Part shown: piece after piece, positions 28,284 to 37,513 of the stretch
Layout: the number at the start of each line of letters is the position of its first letter
Numbering within the stretch: position 1 is the first letter of the stretch
Assembly: GCA_965248435.1 (NCBI GenBank)
Contig: OZ252100.1
Location: 4,608,001 to 4,672,000 of the forward strand
DNA from: Candidatus Latescibacterota bacterium
GTDB lineage: Bacteria; Latescibacterota; UBA2968; GCA-2709665
Length of the DNA stretch: 64,000 nt
Direction of reading: 5' to 3'
The notes under the pieces: model-generated
The model's input: only the letters and a program-made list of their open reading frames with translations
Told to the model about the DNA's origin: nothing
The model's database searches: none
Made by a program: the position numbers and the translations under genes

Positions 28284-31187
28284 GTGCAGACGCCCGAAAA
28301 ATCGATGATTGACATCCTGTGGATGCTGGTTGCAGCGGGTCTGGTGTTCCTGATGCAGGCGGGTTTCACGTGTCTGGAGTCCGGACTGACCCGGGCGAAG
28401 AACAGCATCAATGTGGCGGTCAAGAACCTGACCGACGTGACAATCTGTATCGTGCTGTTCTGGGCGTACGGATTCGCCCTGATGTTCGGGCAGAGCGCGG
28501 GTGGATGGATCGGGCTCACCGGCTTCTTTGCCCCAGTGGACGAAAGGACGGGTTGGCTGGGTGCGTTCTTTCTCTACGAAGCAGTCTTCTGTGGCACCGC
28601 CGTGACCATCATCTCCGGGGCTGTGGCGGAACGTATGCGATTCAAGGCCTACATTATCGTCGCCGTGGTTGTCTCGTCTCTGGTCTACCCGATCTACGGC
28701 CACTGGGCGTGGGGAGGAACCTTTCAGGGAACATCCGGTTGGCTCAAAGCCCTCGGCTTCGTCGACTTCGCGGGTTCGACCGTAGTCCACAGCCTTGGAG
28801 GCTGGATCGCCCTGGTCCTTGTGATCATCATCGGACCCCGGCGGGGTCGCTTCGGCCCGGACGGTCTGCCGCGGGAGATCGAGGGAGCCAACCTGTCGAT
28901 GTCGGTGCTGGGCGTACTAATCCTGTGGTTCGGCTGGTTCGGATTTAACGGCGGGGGTCTGTTCGGGATGAGCGAAAGGGTGCCTGGTATTCTGGCAAAC
29001 ACCTTCCTGGCGGGTGCCTCGGGTGCCATCGCCTCGCTGTCCCTTGGATGGTACGTCAAGGGACAGTCACAGGTTCGGGAGCTCATCAATGGCGTTCTGG
29101 CGGGACTCGTCGCGATCACGGCCAGCTGCCACGCCGTGAGTCCCAAGATGGCCGTACTGATTGGGGCGGTCGGCGGTGTGACGATGCTTGGGGTGAGCCA
29201 TCTGCTCGTCCGTCTTCGGGTTGACGACGCCGTAGACGCCGTGGGCGTCCACCTGGGGGCGGGGTTGTGGGGTACGCTGGCGGTCGGTTTATTCGGTGAC
29301 CTCGAACGTCTCGCCACGGGACTCACTCGCACCGAACAGATTGGCGTGCAGCTGCTCGGGGCGCTGGTCTGCGCCGTCTTAGCCTTTTGTTTCGGATCGA
29401 TCGTGTTCCGTCTGATCAACCGGTTCTACCCGTACCGCGTCACGCCCGAAGAAGAAGACCTCGGCCTCAATGTGTCCGAGCACGGTGCGGCTACGGCACT
29501 GCTCGACATGTATGAAGCGATGGACGAGCAGGCAGCGGCGGGCGACGTGTCGATGCGCCTTCCCGTGGACCCCTTCTCCGAGGCGGGCGGGATCGCGATG
29601 CACTACAACCGGGTGATGAGCGGGCTTGAGAAGACGCGGAAGGAGCTCATCAACGCGAAAGAGGCAGCCGAGCGAAGTGCGCGCGAGGCCGAGGCTGCCA
29701 ATCAGTCGAAGAGCGTCTTCCTTGCAAACGTGTCCCATGAAATCCGAACGCCGATGAATGCGATTCTGGGCTTCGCCGAGATCTTGAGCGGCCGCCTTCC
29801 TAACGAGCAGGATCGGGAGTACCTGGACTCAATCCAGGCGTCAGGGAAGTCGCTTCTCAGCATGATCAACGACATTCTCGACCTGTCCAAAGTCGAGGCC
29901 GGAAGGACTGAAGCCTTTCTCGCTCCGGTCGAGGCACATACCGTGCTGTGGGACATGGAGACCCTCTTCCGACCGGGGGCGGAAGAAAAGGGACTCGCCT
30001 TTCACGTCGAGATCGATGACGCGCTGCCCGAGGTGATGCTTCTGGACGAGGCGCTCCTCCGCCAGACGCTGCAGAACCTGATCGACAATGCGATCAAGTT
30101 CACGCACCAGGGCTACGTGAGGGTCCTGGCGAAGCCGGTCTTTGCTTCCGCTGACGACTCGCAGCTGGACCTGGTTCTAACGGTCGCCGACAGCGGCATC
30201 GGGATCGCGGAAGACCAGCGTGAAGAGATTTTCGGGACATTCAGCCAGCAGAGGGACCATGACGTGAACGTGTATAGGGGCGCCGGCCTCGGGCTGGCGA
30301 TCACCAAACGGACCGTGGAAGTGATGGGGGGCGAGATCAGGCTGACGAGCGAGGTCGGGAAAGGGAGCACGTTTACGGTCAAGATCGGAGACGTAAACGT
30401 TGCCGCTGTGCAGGATCTGGCTGCGCCGGACGAAGAGATCGATGCGAATGTCATCCGCTTTGGGCGATCGACCGTCCTTGTCGCGGACGATATCTCCGCC
30501 AATCGTCTTCTCGTGAAAGGTTACCTCGAAGAATCGCCCCTGACCGTCCTGGAAGCCGAGGATGGCTCAAAGGCGCTGGAGATGACCCGGAGGGAGCGGC
30601 CCGACCTCATCCTGATGGACATCAAGATGCCCGTACTTGACGGGTTCAAGGCCACGAGGATGCTCAAGGCGGATCCAGAACTCAGACAGATCCCTGTCAT
30701 CGCACTGACAGCGTCCGTGATGCGGGAATCAGAGGCCGAGGTCAGGGAGATCAGTGACGGCTATCTCCGAAAGCCCGTCAGTCGAGCGGACCTGATTCGC
30801 GAGCTGGTCAAGTACCTACCTCATTCATTAGATGTCGAGGAGCCCGACGCGCCCACCTCAACGCCGGAACCGGAGTCGGCGTGGTCAGGCGAGTCGCTGG
30901 ACGGGGCGACGATCGAGCGGTTGCGCAGTCTGGCGGAAGCGATTGATGCAGAACTGCACCCGGCCTGGGAAAGCGTACGAGCAGGGGCCAACGTGACGGC
31001 CGTGGAAGCCTTCGCAGATCAGGTCGAGTCGCTGATGGCGGGGTGCAGCTACCCTCCCCTGTCCGATTGGACGAAGGCGCTGAAGGCACAGGCCAGGACG
31101 TTTCAGGTGGATCTTCTTCCCCAGACACTCCACCGCTTCCCGGATCTCGTGGAGGAAATGCGGGCGTTGGGCGGAGGTGGTGCATAA
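28284..31187 (+). CDS. ammonium transporter (Amt) fused to hybrid histidine kinase
   Basis: MQAGF..LESG, SGAVAER, HWAWGG, DFAGSTVVH, WFGFN, DDAVDA..VH; then SHEIRTPMN, NAIKFT, GAGLGL, LMDIKMP. Confidence 0.93.
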   Translation: MQTPEKSMIDILWMLVAAGLVFLMQAGFTCLESGLTRAKNSINVAVKNLTDVTICIVLFWAYGFALMFGQSAGGWIGLTGFFAPVDERTGWLGAFFLYEAVFCGTAVTIISGAVAERMRFKAYIIVAVVVSSLVYPIYGHWAWGGTFQGTSGWLKALGFVDFAGSTVVHSLGGWIALVLVIIIGPRRGRFGPDGLPREIEGANLSMSVLGVLILWFGWFGFNGGGLFGMSERVPGILANTFLAGASGAIASLSLGWYVKGQSQVRELINGVLAGLVAITASCHAVSPKMAVLIGAVGGVTMLGVSHLLVRLRVDDAVDAVGVHLGAGLWGTLAVGLFGDLERLATGLTRTEQIGVQLLGALVCAVLAFCFGSIVFRLINRFYPYRVTPEEEDLGLNVSEHGAATALLDMYEAMDEQAAAGDVSMRLPVDPFSEAGGIAMHYNRVMSGLEKTRKELINAKEAAERSAREAEAANQSKSVFLANVSHEIRTPMNAILGFAEILSGRLPNEQDREYLDSIQASGKSLLSMINDILDLSKVEAGRTEAFLAPVEAHTVLWDMETLFRPGAEEKGLAFHVEIDDALPEVMLLDEALLRQTLQNLIDNAIKFTHQGYVRVLAKPVFASADDSQLDLVLTVADSGIGIAEDQREEIFGTFSQQRDHDVNVYRGAGLGLAITKRTVEVMGGEIRLTSEVGKGSTFTVKIGDVNVAAVQDLAAPDEEIDANVIRFGRSTVLVADDISANRLLVKGYLEESPLTVLEAEDGSKALEMTRRERPDLILMDIKMPVLDGFKATRMLKADPELRQIPVIALTASVMRESEAEVREISDGYLRKPVSRADLIRELVKYLPHSLDVEEPDAPTSTPEPESAWSGESLDGATIERLRSLAEAIDAELHPAWESVRAGANVTAVEAFADQVESLMAGCSYPPLSDWTKALKAQARTFQVDLLPQTLHRFPDLVEEMRALGGGGA

Positions 31188-31216
31188 AGACGGAGCGTGA
31201 GGAGTCTGGAGCATCT

Positions 31217-33343
31217 GTGAAATCGAAAACGATAAAAAAATCAACAGTTAGTATCGCTTGCTTATTCATCCTGACAGATTTCATGCCTTCGTTGGCGGCA
31301 GAATCAGACGATTCACTCAAGGTGGATCAAATGTATAGTCTGAGCTTGGAACAACTGATGCAGGTCCGCGTTGTAACCGCCTCCAGGCGAACTCAAAGGA
31401 TTAGTGAGGCCCCCTCTATCATTTCAGCTTTTGGCCGGCAGGACATCGACAACATGTCGGTGACCTCCCTCATTGACGTGATTAAACACGCACCAGGCAT
31501 AGAAACGAGCATGGATCCCGATGGTCATTGGCGGGTCTCCATTCGCGGGGTGCGCAAAGATGGCAATATATTGCTGTTGATTGATGGTCAGCCCTTCAAT
31601 GACTTCTACGATGGGCGTGCACTGTTTGACTTGCCCACTGAATTTATCGATAGAATTGAAATTATCCGTGGGCCTGGCTCAGCCTTGTATGGCACCAATG
31701 CAGTGGCTGGCATTATTAATGTCTTTACCATACAAGAACAAAATAGAGCCAGCCTCAGTATTGGCAATAACACCACCTACAGAACAAGTTTCAGCCACCA
31801 CACAGAATTCGGCAATGAGGCCATCCTGTCGATTAGTGTTGGTGCCTCTGATACCGATGGCGCCAATGTCACCGATGACCAGGACTCTGCTGACGGCTTC
31901 GGTCTCGATACAGGCACCACCAACCGTCACAAAAGGGAACTCTTTTTAACCACTGCCTACAGCCAAAACAATCTCAAACTGTCATTAATGGGATTTAGAC
32001 AGCGACGAGGTCCCTGGGCCGGCCCCCAATTTCAATGGGGCCCAGAAACGAGAGTAGATAAAAGTCAGTACTACTTAAGATTCATTTATCGATTTGAACC
32101 GAGTGAATCACTAAGCATTACCCCCAGAATTCATTTGGATGTCACCGATCATGATGCACTCAATGAAGATGTGGCAGCCGGTCGTACTCTATTGGGCAAT
32201 ACATTCACCGAAAGCGGTTTCACCAGAGAAAGCTACAAAACTCTCAATATTGGCACAGAAATCCTGGCTGAATACTCCCATAATGAAAATACCTTCTTGT
32301 TGGGCGGTTTTGGCTTTGAAAACACGAAAATGACCAACTTTGACCTACAGAGAAACTATCGAGTAATTGGCTTTATCCCCAGAGCGAATTTTGGGAATCA
32401 CGACAACTTAACCTTTGAACAAAACAACCAAGATAGACAAATCTACGCCGTTTTTGGGCAAGCTGAATTTCAATGGAGAGCTTTGTCGTTTACTCTAGGA
32501 ACCAGATTGGATCACTATAGTAGCTTCGGTAACAGCGTCAATCCACGATTGGGTCTGGTTTATCATGCCAGCGAAAAGCTGCGTATTAAAGCACTGTTTG
32601 GCTCTGCCTTCAGAGCGCCAACCTTCAAAGAACTCTACGACAATACCCGAATTGGGGCTGAAGGAATCCGTGGAAATAATGACCTTAAGCCGGAAGAAAG
32701 CCAGAGTTTTGAACTCGCACTTGAATATCAATCAAATTCGTATCTATTGAAACTAAATCTGTACGATACCCGTAATGGTAATGTGATAGGAAGCTTTGAT
32801 CCCAGTGGAGGAGGCGCTAGAGCCACGACAGAAAATATCGGAGATATAGATATTAAAGGTGCAGAGGTCGAAGTCACTTTCCAATTGTCAGACTCCGGTC
32901 AGATGTTTTTCAACCTGGCTCGTTACCGTTCGTATTTCAACTGGAGTTCTGGCAGCTTGTTCGACAATCAGAGACGTTTCCTTGCAGGAAGAGGCCAAAA
33001 CGAACTATTCAACCAACCAAGGACCCGGGCTAATCTTGGATTAACCTTGTCTGGCAACAACTGGAAACTTTTCGCAAGCCTTAACTATGGCGGCAAAGCG
33101 AGTAATAACAGTACGTCTCCCATTGCAAGCTTGCGGAATCTGGAAGTCGATGCATACGTGCATTTTAGTGCCAGTATTCGTTATCAGTTTAACTCTAAGC
33201 TTGGTATCAAATTTGCCGCCAACAATCTCGGTGATGAGAAAAATTCGGATCCGGAAGGTTTCGAACAAAGTGAAAATTTCGGCTTTAAGGGCATTTTGCA
33301 ACCTGATGAAAGCTATATGCTGACGCTCGATTACCGATTTTAG
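31217..33343 (+). CDS. TonB-dependent outer-membrane receptor
   Basis: LSLEQLMQVRVVTASR, plug IDRIEIIRGPGSALYGTNAVAGIIN, AFRAPTF..LY, LKPEES, terminal YRF; lower GC than flanks. Confidence 0.92.
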   Translation: MKSKTIKKSTVSIACLFILTDFMPSLAAESDDSLKVDQMYSLSLEQLMQVRVVTASRRTQRISEAPSIISAFGRQDIDNMSVTSLIDVIKHAPGIETSMDPDGHWRVSIRGVRKDGNILLLIDGQPFNDFYDGRALFDLPTEFIDRIEIIRGPGSALYGTNAVAGIINVFTIQEQNRASLSIGNNTTYRTSFSHHTEFGNEAILSISVGASDTDGANVTDDQDSADGFGLDTGTTNRHKRELFLTTAYSQNNLKLSLMGFRQRRGPWAGPQFQWGPETRVDKSQYYLRFIYRFEPSESLSITPRIHLDVTDHDALNEDVAAGRTLLGNTFTESGFTRESYKTLNIGTEILAEYSHNENTFLLGGFGFENTKMTNFDLQRNYRVIGFIPRANFGNHDNLTFEQNNQDRQIYAVFGQAEFQWRALSFTLGTRLDHYSSFGNSVNPRLGLVYHASEKLRIKALFGSAFRAPTFKELYDNTRIGAEGIRGNNDLKPEESQSFELALEYQSNSYLLKLNLYDTRNGNVIGSFDPSGGGARATTENIGDIDIKGAEVEVTFQLSDSGQMFFNLARYRSYFNWSSGSLFDNQRRFLAGRGQNELFNQPRTRANLGLTLSGNNWKLFASLNYGGKASNNSTSPIASLRNLEVDAYVHFSASIRYQFNSKLGIKFAANNLGDEKNSDPEGFEQSENFGFKGILQPDESYMLTLDYRF

Positions 33344-33425
33344 CGACTAACTGAGCGGAGGAACCCTCCGGCTTTGCAGGGGTCATGACTAAACATAAAC
33401 GGCACAACAGAACGGAGAAGAGCTC

Positions 33426-34208
33426 GTGAATGCACCCTTTGTGAAAGTGTTACTGACCTTTGCTCTGAGTATAGCACTCGTTGCGTGTGACAATACTGTT
33501 AATAGACCTGAAACCTCCGACATTGTCATAGGCTTTACTAACGTTCCACTAGACGCTCAGAGAGATGTAATAAGAAACGAAGAAGCTGCTCTTGGTAACC
33601 TTATCACTGATGCGATGCTTGCCTATGTAGTAGGCCTGGGAGAGCCCATCGACGGCGTACTAATAAACGGTGGAGGCATTCGTTACAATATTCAACGGCA
33701 TCCAGACGGCATTTATCCCGCTGGAGAGTTAACCGAGGATGATATCAAAGAAATGCTCCCCTTTGGCAATACTGGATTTATTGTACAAATGACAGGCAGT
33801 GAATTGAAATCGACGTTAGAGCGGAGTGTTCATGCCCTACCTGTACTCGAAGGAAGCTTCGGCACCGGTGCATTTTTGCAAGTTTCCGCCAACTTCAGGA
33901 TTATCGTAGACCTTGATCAGGCTGCTCAGGTTCTAAATGAGCTCGATGCAGAAACCACTATAGCTTCTCCAGGTGGACGAATAGTTAGCGTTCTGATTAA
34001 TGGACAACAATTAAGCCCAGATGAGAGCTATCAGATTTTCCTGCCTTCCTTTATTGCCTCAGGGGAGGATGGTTACCTGGCTGTAGGCGCAATACCTGAT
34101 AACGACAAAAAAGATCTGGGTCTTGATCTTGCCGTTCCGCTCGCGAGCTATTTTCGCAGTCAAGAAATCGTGACGCCTATCATTGAAGGAAGAATCATCA
34201 TTAATTGA
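33426..34208 (+). CDS. lipoprotein with stand-alone 5'-nucleotidase C-terminal (substrate-binding) domain
   Basis: Lipobox LVAC; RNEEAALGNLITDAM, NGGGIR, LPFGN, FLQVS, GEDGY, EGRI; no metallophosphoesterase domain. Confidence 0.85.
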   Translation: MNAPFVKVLLTFALSIALVACDNTVNRPETSDIVIGFTNVPLDAQRDVIRNEEAALGNLITDAMLAYVVGLGEPIDGVLINGGGIRYNIQRHPDGIYPAGELTEDDIKEMLPFGNTGFIVQMTGSELKSTLERSVHALPVLEGSFGTGAFLQVSANFRIIVDLDQAAQVLNELDAETTIASPGGRIVSVLINGQQLSPDESYQIFLPSFIASGEDGYLAVGAIPDNDKKDLGLDLAVPLASYFRSQEIVTPIIEGRIIIN

Positions 34209-34434
34209 TCCTGACACAGGAGACACAGTCATTGTGGATCGGCTCGAACAAACGGAATGGCCCGTTGAATTCTTGGATGTTTTTGGCTCGGGTCCAGATC
34301 TTGACGTCTTGCAATTGTGTGCTTCGTGACAGACATCCAGCTCTGCCGGACACCCTCGATCAGCTTCCGGCACTGACGGATCAGATCGCAGCACTTGTGG
34401 ATACGGATAGGAAAAGTACTCCGGAGGAGATGGC

Positions 34435-36360
34435 ATGAGCGCAACGGACGGTGCACACATCCTGATTGTCGACGACACCCTGAAGAACATCCAGCTGCTG
34501 GGCACCATCCTCCGCGAACGCAATTACCAGATCAGTGTTGCCCAGAACGGCAAGCAGGCACTGCAGATCGCGGGGGGGGATGCCGCGTTGCCGGATCTGA
34601 TCCTTCTCGATGTGATGATGCCCGAGATGGACGGGTTCGAGACGTGTGAACGGCTGAAGGCCGACCCGAAGACGAGAGATATACCGGTTATTTTTCTGAC
34701 GGCCAGGGTGGAGTCGGACGACATCGTTCGCGGCTTCGAGCTCGGCGCGGTGGACTACGTCACGAAGCCGTTCAACCAAGTCGAGCTTCTTCGACGGGTG
34801 AGCACACACTTGGAGCTGAAAGCGGCACGGGAGGCGGCCATCGCCGCAAACCGGGCGAAGTCCGCCTTCCTGGCAAATATGTCACACGAGATCCGGACGC
34901 CAATGAACAGCATTCTCGGGTTTGCGGAAATCCTGAACAGCATTGTCGAGGATACCCAGGCCAGAGAATACCTCAATTCCATCCAGGCCAGCGGCAGAAC
35001 TCTGCTCACCCTAATCAACGACATCCTGGATCTTTCGAAGGTGGAAGCCGGGAAGCTTGACATGGAATACACGGCGGTGAACGTCCGCTCGGTGTTTTAC
35101 GATATGTCGCAGGTTTTCGCTCAGAAGGTCGATGAGATAGGTCTCGAATTCAGGTCCGACATCCATCCGGACCTGCCCGAAGCGCTGATGCTGGACGAAG
35201 TGCGCCTGCGGCAGTGCCTGATCAACCTCATCGGCAATGCGGTCAAGTTCACAGACGAGGGGCATATCACATTGTCGGTCCGGAGCGAGGCTTCAGAGTG
35301 CGTGAACCGGGTAGACCTGCACATTGTCGTGGAAGATACCGGCATCGGGATACCGGCAGATCAGATCGACAGGATTTTCGAGGCATTCGAGCAGACCGTC
35401 GGGCAGAGCTACACGAAGTATGGGGGAACGGGTCTTGGGCTGGGGATTGTGAAAGGGCTGGTGGAGATGATGAATGGGGAAATCATGGTGGAGAGCGAAG
35501 AAGGTGAGGGGAGCACCTTCCGGATCACGCTCAGGGAGGTGGCGCTGGCATCGGCAGATGATCTGGATACTGAGAAGGAAAGCGCGGTTGATACAGACTC
35601 CGTGAGCTTTGCTCCGGCCACGGTTCTGGTCACCGACGATGTGGCGGACAATCGCAACCTGGTGATAGGATATCTGCAGGGGTATGATCTGGCCGTGCTG
35701 GAGGCGGAGAACGGGGCAGAGGCCGTGCAAGCGGCGCGGAGGCATCGTCCGGATCTGGTGATTATGGATATTAAGATGCCGGTGATGGATGGGTTCAAGG
35801 CGACTCGGATACTGAAGGCGGATGCGGAGCTGCGAGCCATCCCGGTGATCGCAGTGACCGCATCGGGGATGGGGGAATCCAAGCAGCAGGTCAGTCAGGC
35901 GTTTGACGGTTACTTAATAAAGCCAGTTAGCAGAGGTGAGTTGATTGCCGCATTAGCGCAATTCCTGCACCACACCAAGGTTGAGTCGGATTCCGAGCCT
36001 GCGGAATCGCCAGTCACGGTGGACGCCGTGGACACGTGGTCGCCTGAATCTATGGATGCTGACACTGTGGCACGTCTACCAGGTCTGGTGGAAATTCTGG
36101 AAGGTGAGCAACAAGCCACCTGGGAAGGTCTGCGCGGCGCCCTGGTGATAGACAAGCTGGAAACGTTTGCGGATCGGATCCGAAAACTTGGTGAGGAATA
36201 CGGGTATCCTCCGCTGGCGTCGTGGGGAGAACGGCTGATGCAGCAGGCAGAGATGTTTGACCTTGATGGGCTGCCAAAGACGCTGGAGGGATTCCCGAAC
36301 ATGATCGGGGAGATCCAGGCGCTTGTGGCGGAAGGACGGGTGGCAGGGGATAGCACGTAG
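34435..36360 (+). CDS. cytoplasmic hybrid kinase REC-HisKA-HATPase-REC
   Basis: LLDVMMP, FLANMSHEIRTPMN, NAVKFT, GGTGLGL, IMDIKMP. Confidence 0.92.
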   Translation: MSATDGAHILIVDDTLKNIQLLGTILRERNYQISVAQNGKQALQIAGGDAALPDLILLDVMMPEMDGFETCERLKADPKTRDIPVIFLTARVESDDIVRGFELGAVDYVTKPFNQVELLRRVSTHLELKAAREAAIAANRAKSAFLANMSHEIRTPMNSILGFAEILNSIVEDTQAREYLNSIQASGRTLLTLINDILDLSKVEAGKLDMEYTAVNVRSVFYDMSQVFAQKVDEIGLEFRSDIHPDLPEALMLDEVRLRQCLINLIGNAVKFTDEGHITLSVRSEASECVNRVDLHIVVEDTGIGIPADQIDRIFEAFEQTVGQSYTKYGGTGLGLGIVKGLVEMMNGEIMVESEEGEGSTFRITLREVALASADDLDTEKESAVDTDSVSFAPATVLVTDDVADNRNLVIGYLQGYDLAVLEAENGAEAVQAARRHRPDLVIMDIKMPVMDGFKATRILKADAELRAIPVIAVTASGMGESKQQVSQAFDGYLIKPVSRGELIAALAQFLHHTKVESDSEPAESPVTVDAVDTWSPESMDADTVARLPGLVEILEGEQQATWEGLRGALVIDKLETFADRIRKLGEEYGYPPLASWGERLMQQAEMFDLDGLPKTLEGFPNMIGEIQALVAEGRVAGDST

Positions 36361-36454
36361 AAGGGCATTGAGCGGAGTCCACCAGGGCCGGTTGCGAAGG
36401 TTTGTGAACGTACGGAGGGAACTGATGAACGAGGTCTATCCAGGAGATGAAGCT

Positions 36455-37447
36455 ATGGAAGCACAAAACGCGGACCCACAGATTCTGATTGTGGACGACA
36501 CCCCCAAGAACCTCCAAGTGCTGGGAACAGTGCTGAAAAAGGAAGGTTACAGCATTATTGTTGCTCAAAACGGGCTGCAGGCTCTGGAAGCCACTGAGAA
36601 AGTGCCTCCGGACTTGATCCTGCTGGACGTGATGATGCCGGAACTGGACGGGTTCGAGACGTGCAAACGGCTCAAGGAGAACCCGGAAACCCGGGAGATT
36701 CCCGTCATCTTCCTGACGGCGAGAATCGAAACAGAAGACATCGTCAAAGGGTTCGATTTTGGGGCGGTGGATTACGTGACGAAGCCGTTCAATGCCACGG
36801 AACTGCTGGCTCGATGCAGAACGCATCTGACGCTGCGGAGGCTGCAACTGCACCTGGGGCAACTTGTGGACGAACGGACCCGGGAGCTGCAGCTGGCCGT
36901 GGCGGCATTGAGGGGACGCGATGCCCTCTTGAAGCACATGCTCTACCTGCACAAGCCGGAGGAGACGCTGGGCATGGCGGTGAAGCTGGCGCTAGAACTG
37001 TGCGGCTGCGAAACAGGAGCGCTGTACACGCTGGATACGGACGGACGCATGGTGCTGAGGACAGCCGTGGGGTTCCAGCAACCCGGCGTGCCGGTGGAAG
37101 ATCCGGGCAGCCTGGGGCTGGAGGGGGCCGACGAAGCGACGTTCACGGAAGCCATAGAGAACCTGAAGCCGTCGCTGACGCAAGATCCGAGTGCCGCTCG
37201 GAGAAGGTTCGACATCCACAGCTTCGGAGTGCTGCCGATATGCCGGGGAGAGGAACTTCTCGCCCTGCTGGAGTTGGGGCGGAATCGGCAGAACGCGCTG
37301 GTGGAAGCGGTCCAGCTGGAAGCGCTCGAGGAGTTTCTCCCCTACGTGGTCATGGCCGTCGTAGACTGCAGGCTGCAGGAAGAGGTGCCGGACTGGAGCG
37401 GGGACGTGGATGAGATTTTGAGGGAGACGGACGAGTGGACGGAGTGA
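36455..37447 (+). CDS. response regulator with C-terminal GAF-like domain
   Basis: IVDD..LLDVMMP..KPF REC; CETGALY..SFGVLPI..LLALLEL GAF-like segment. Confidence 0.8.
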   Translation: MEAQNADPQILIVDDTPKNLQVLGTVLKKEGYSIIVAQNGLQALEATEKVPPDLILLDVMMPELDGFETCKRLKENPETREIPVIFLTARIETEDIVKGFDFGAVDYVTKPFNATELLARCRTHLTLRRLQLHLGQLVDERTRELQLAVAALRGRDALLKHMLYLHKPEETLGMAVKLALELCGCETGALYTLDTDGRMVLRTAVGFQQPGVPVEDPGSLGLEGADEATFTEAIENLKPSLTQDPSAARRRFDIHSFGVLPICRGEELLALLELGRNRQNALVEAVQLEALEEFLPYVVMAVVDCRLQEEVPDWSGDVDEILRETDEWTE

Positions 37448-37513
37448 ACGAGCAGGTGTGGGGGGCGCGGGTTCAGCGGAGGGAAAGCGGAATAGCACGA
37501 GGATACTGAGCAT

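Noticed and set aside
27465-28790. 441-aa minus-strand ORF (and similar ones at 36050-36952 and 38843-40081)
   Set aside because: Antisense shadows of well-supported GC-rich plus-strand genes
34205-34438. 77-aa ORF bridging the lipoprotein and the hybrid kinase
   Set aside because: No RBS or recognisable motif; probably junction DNA
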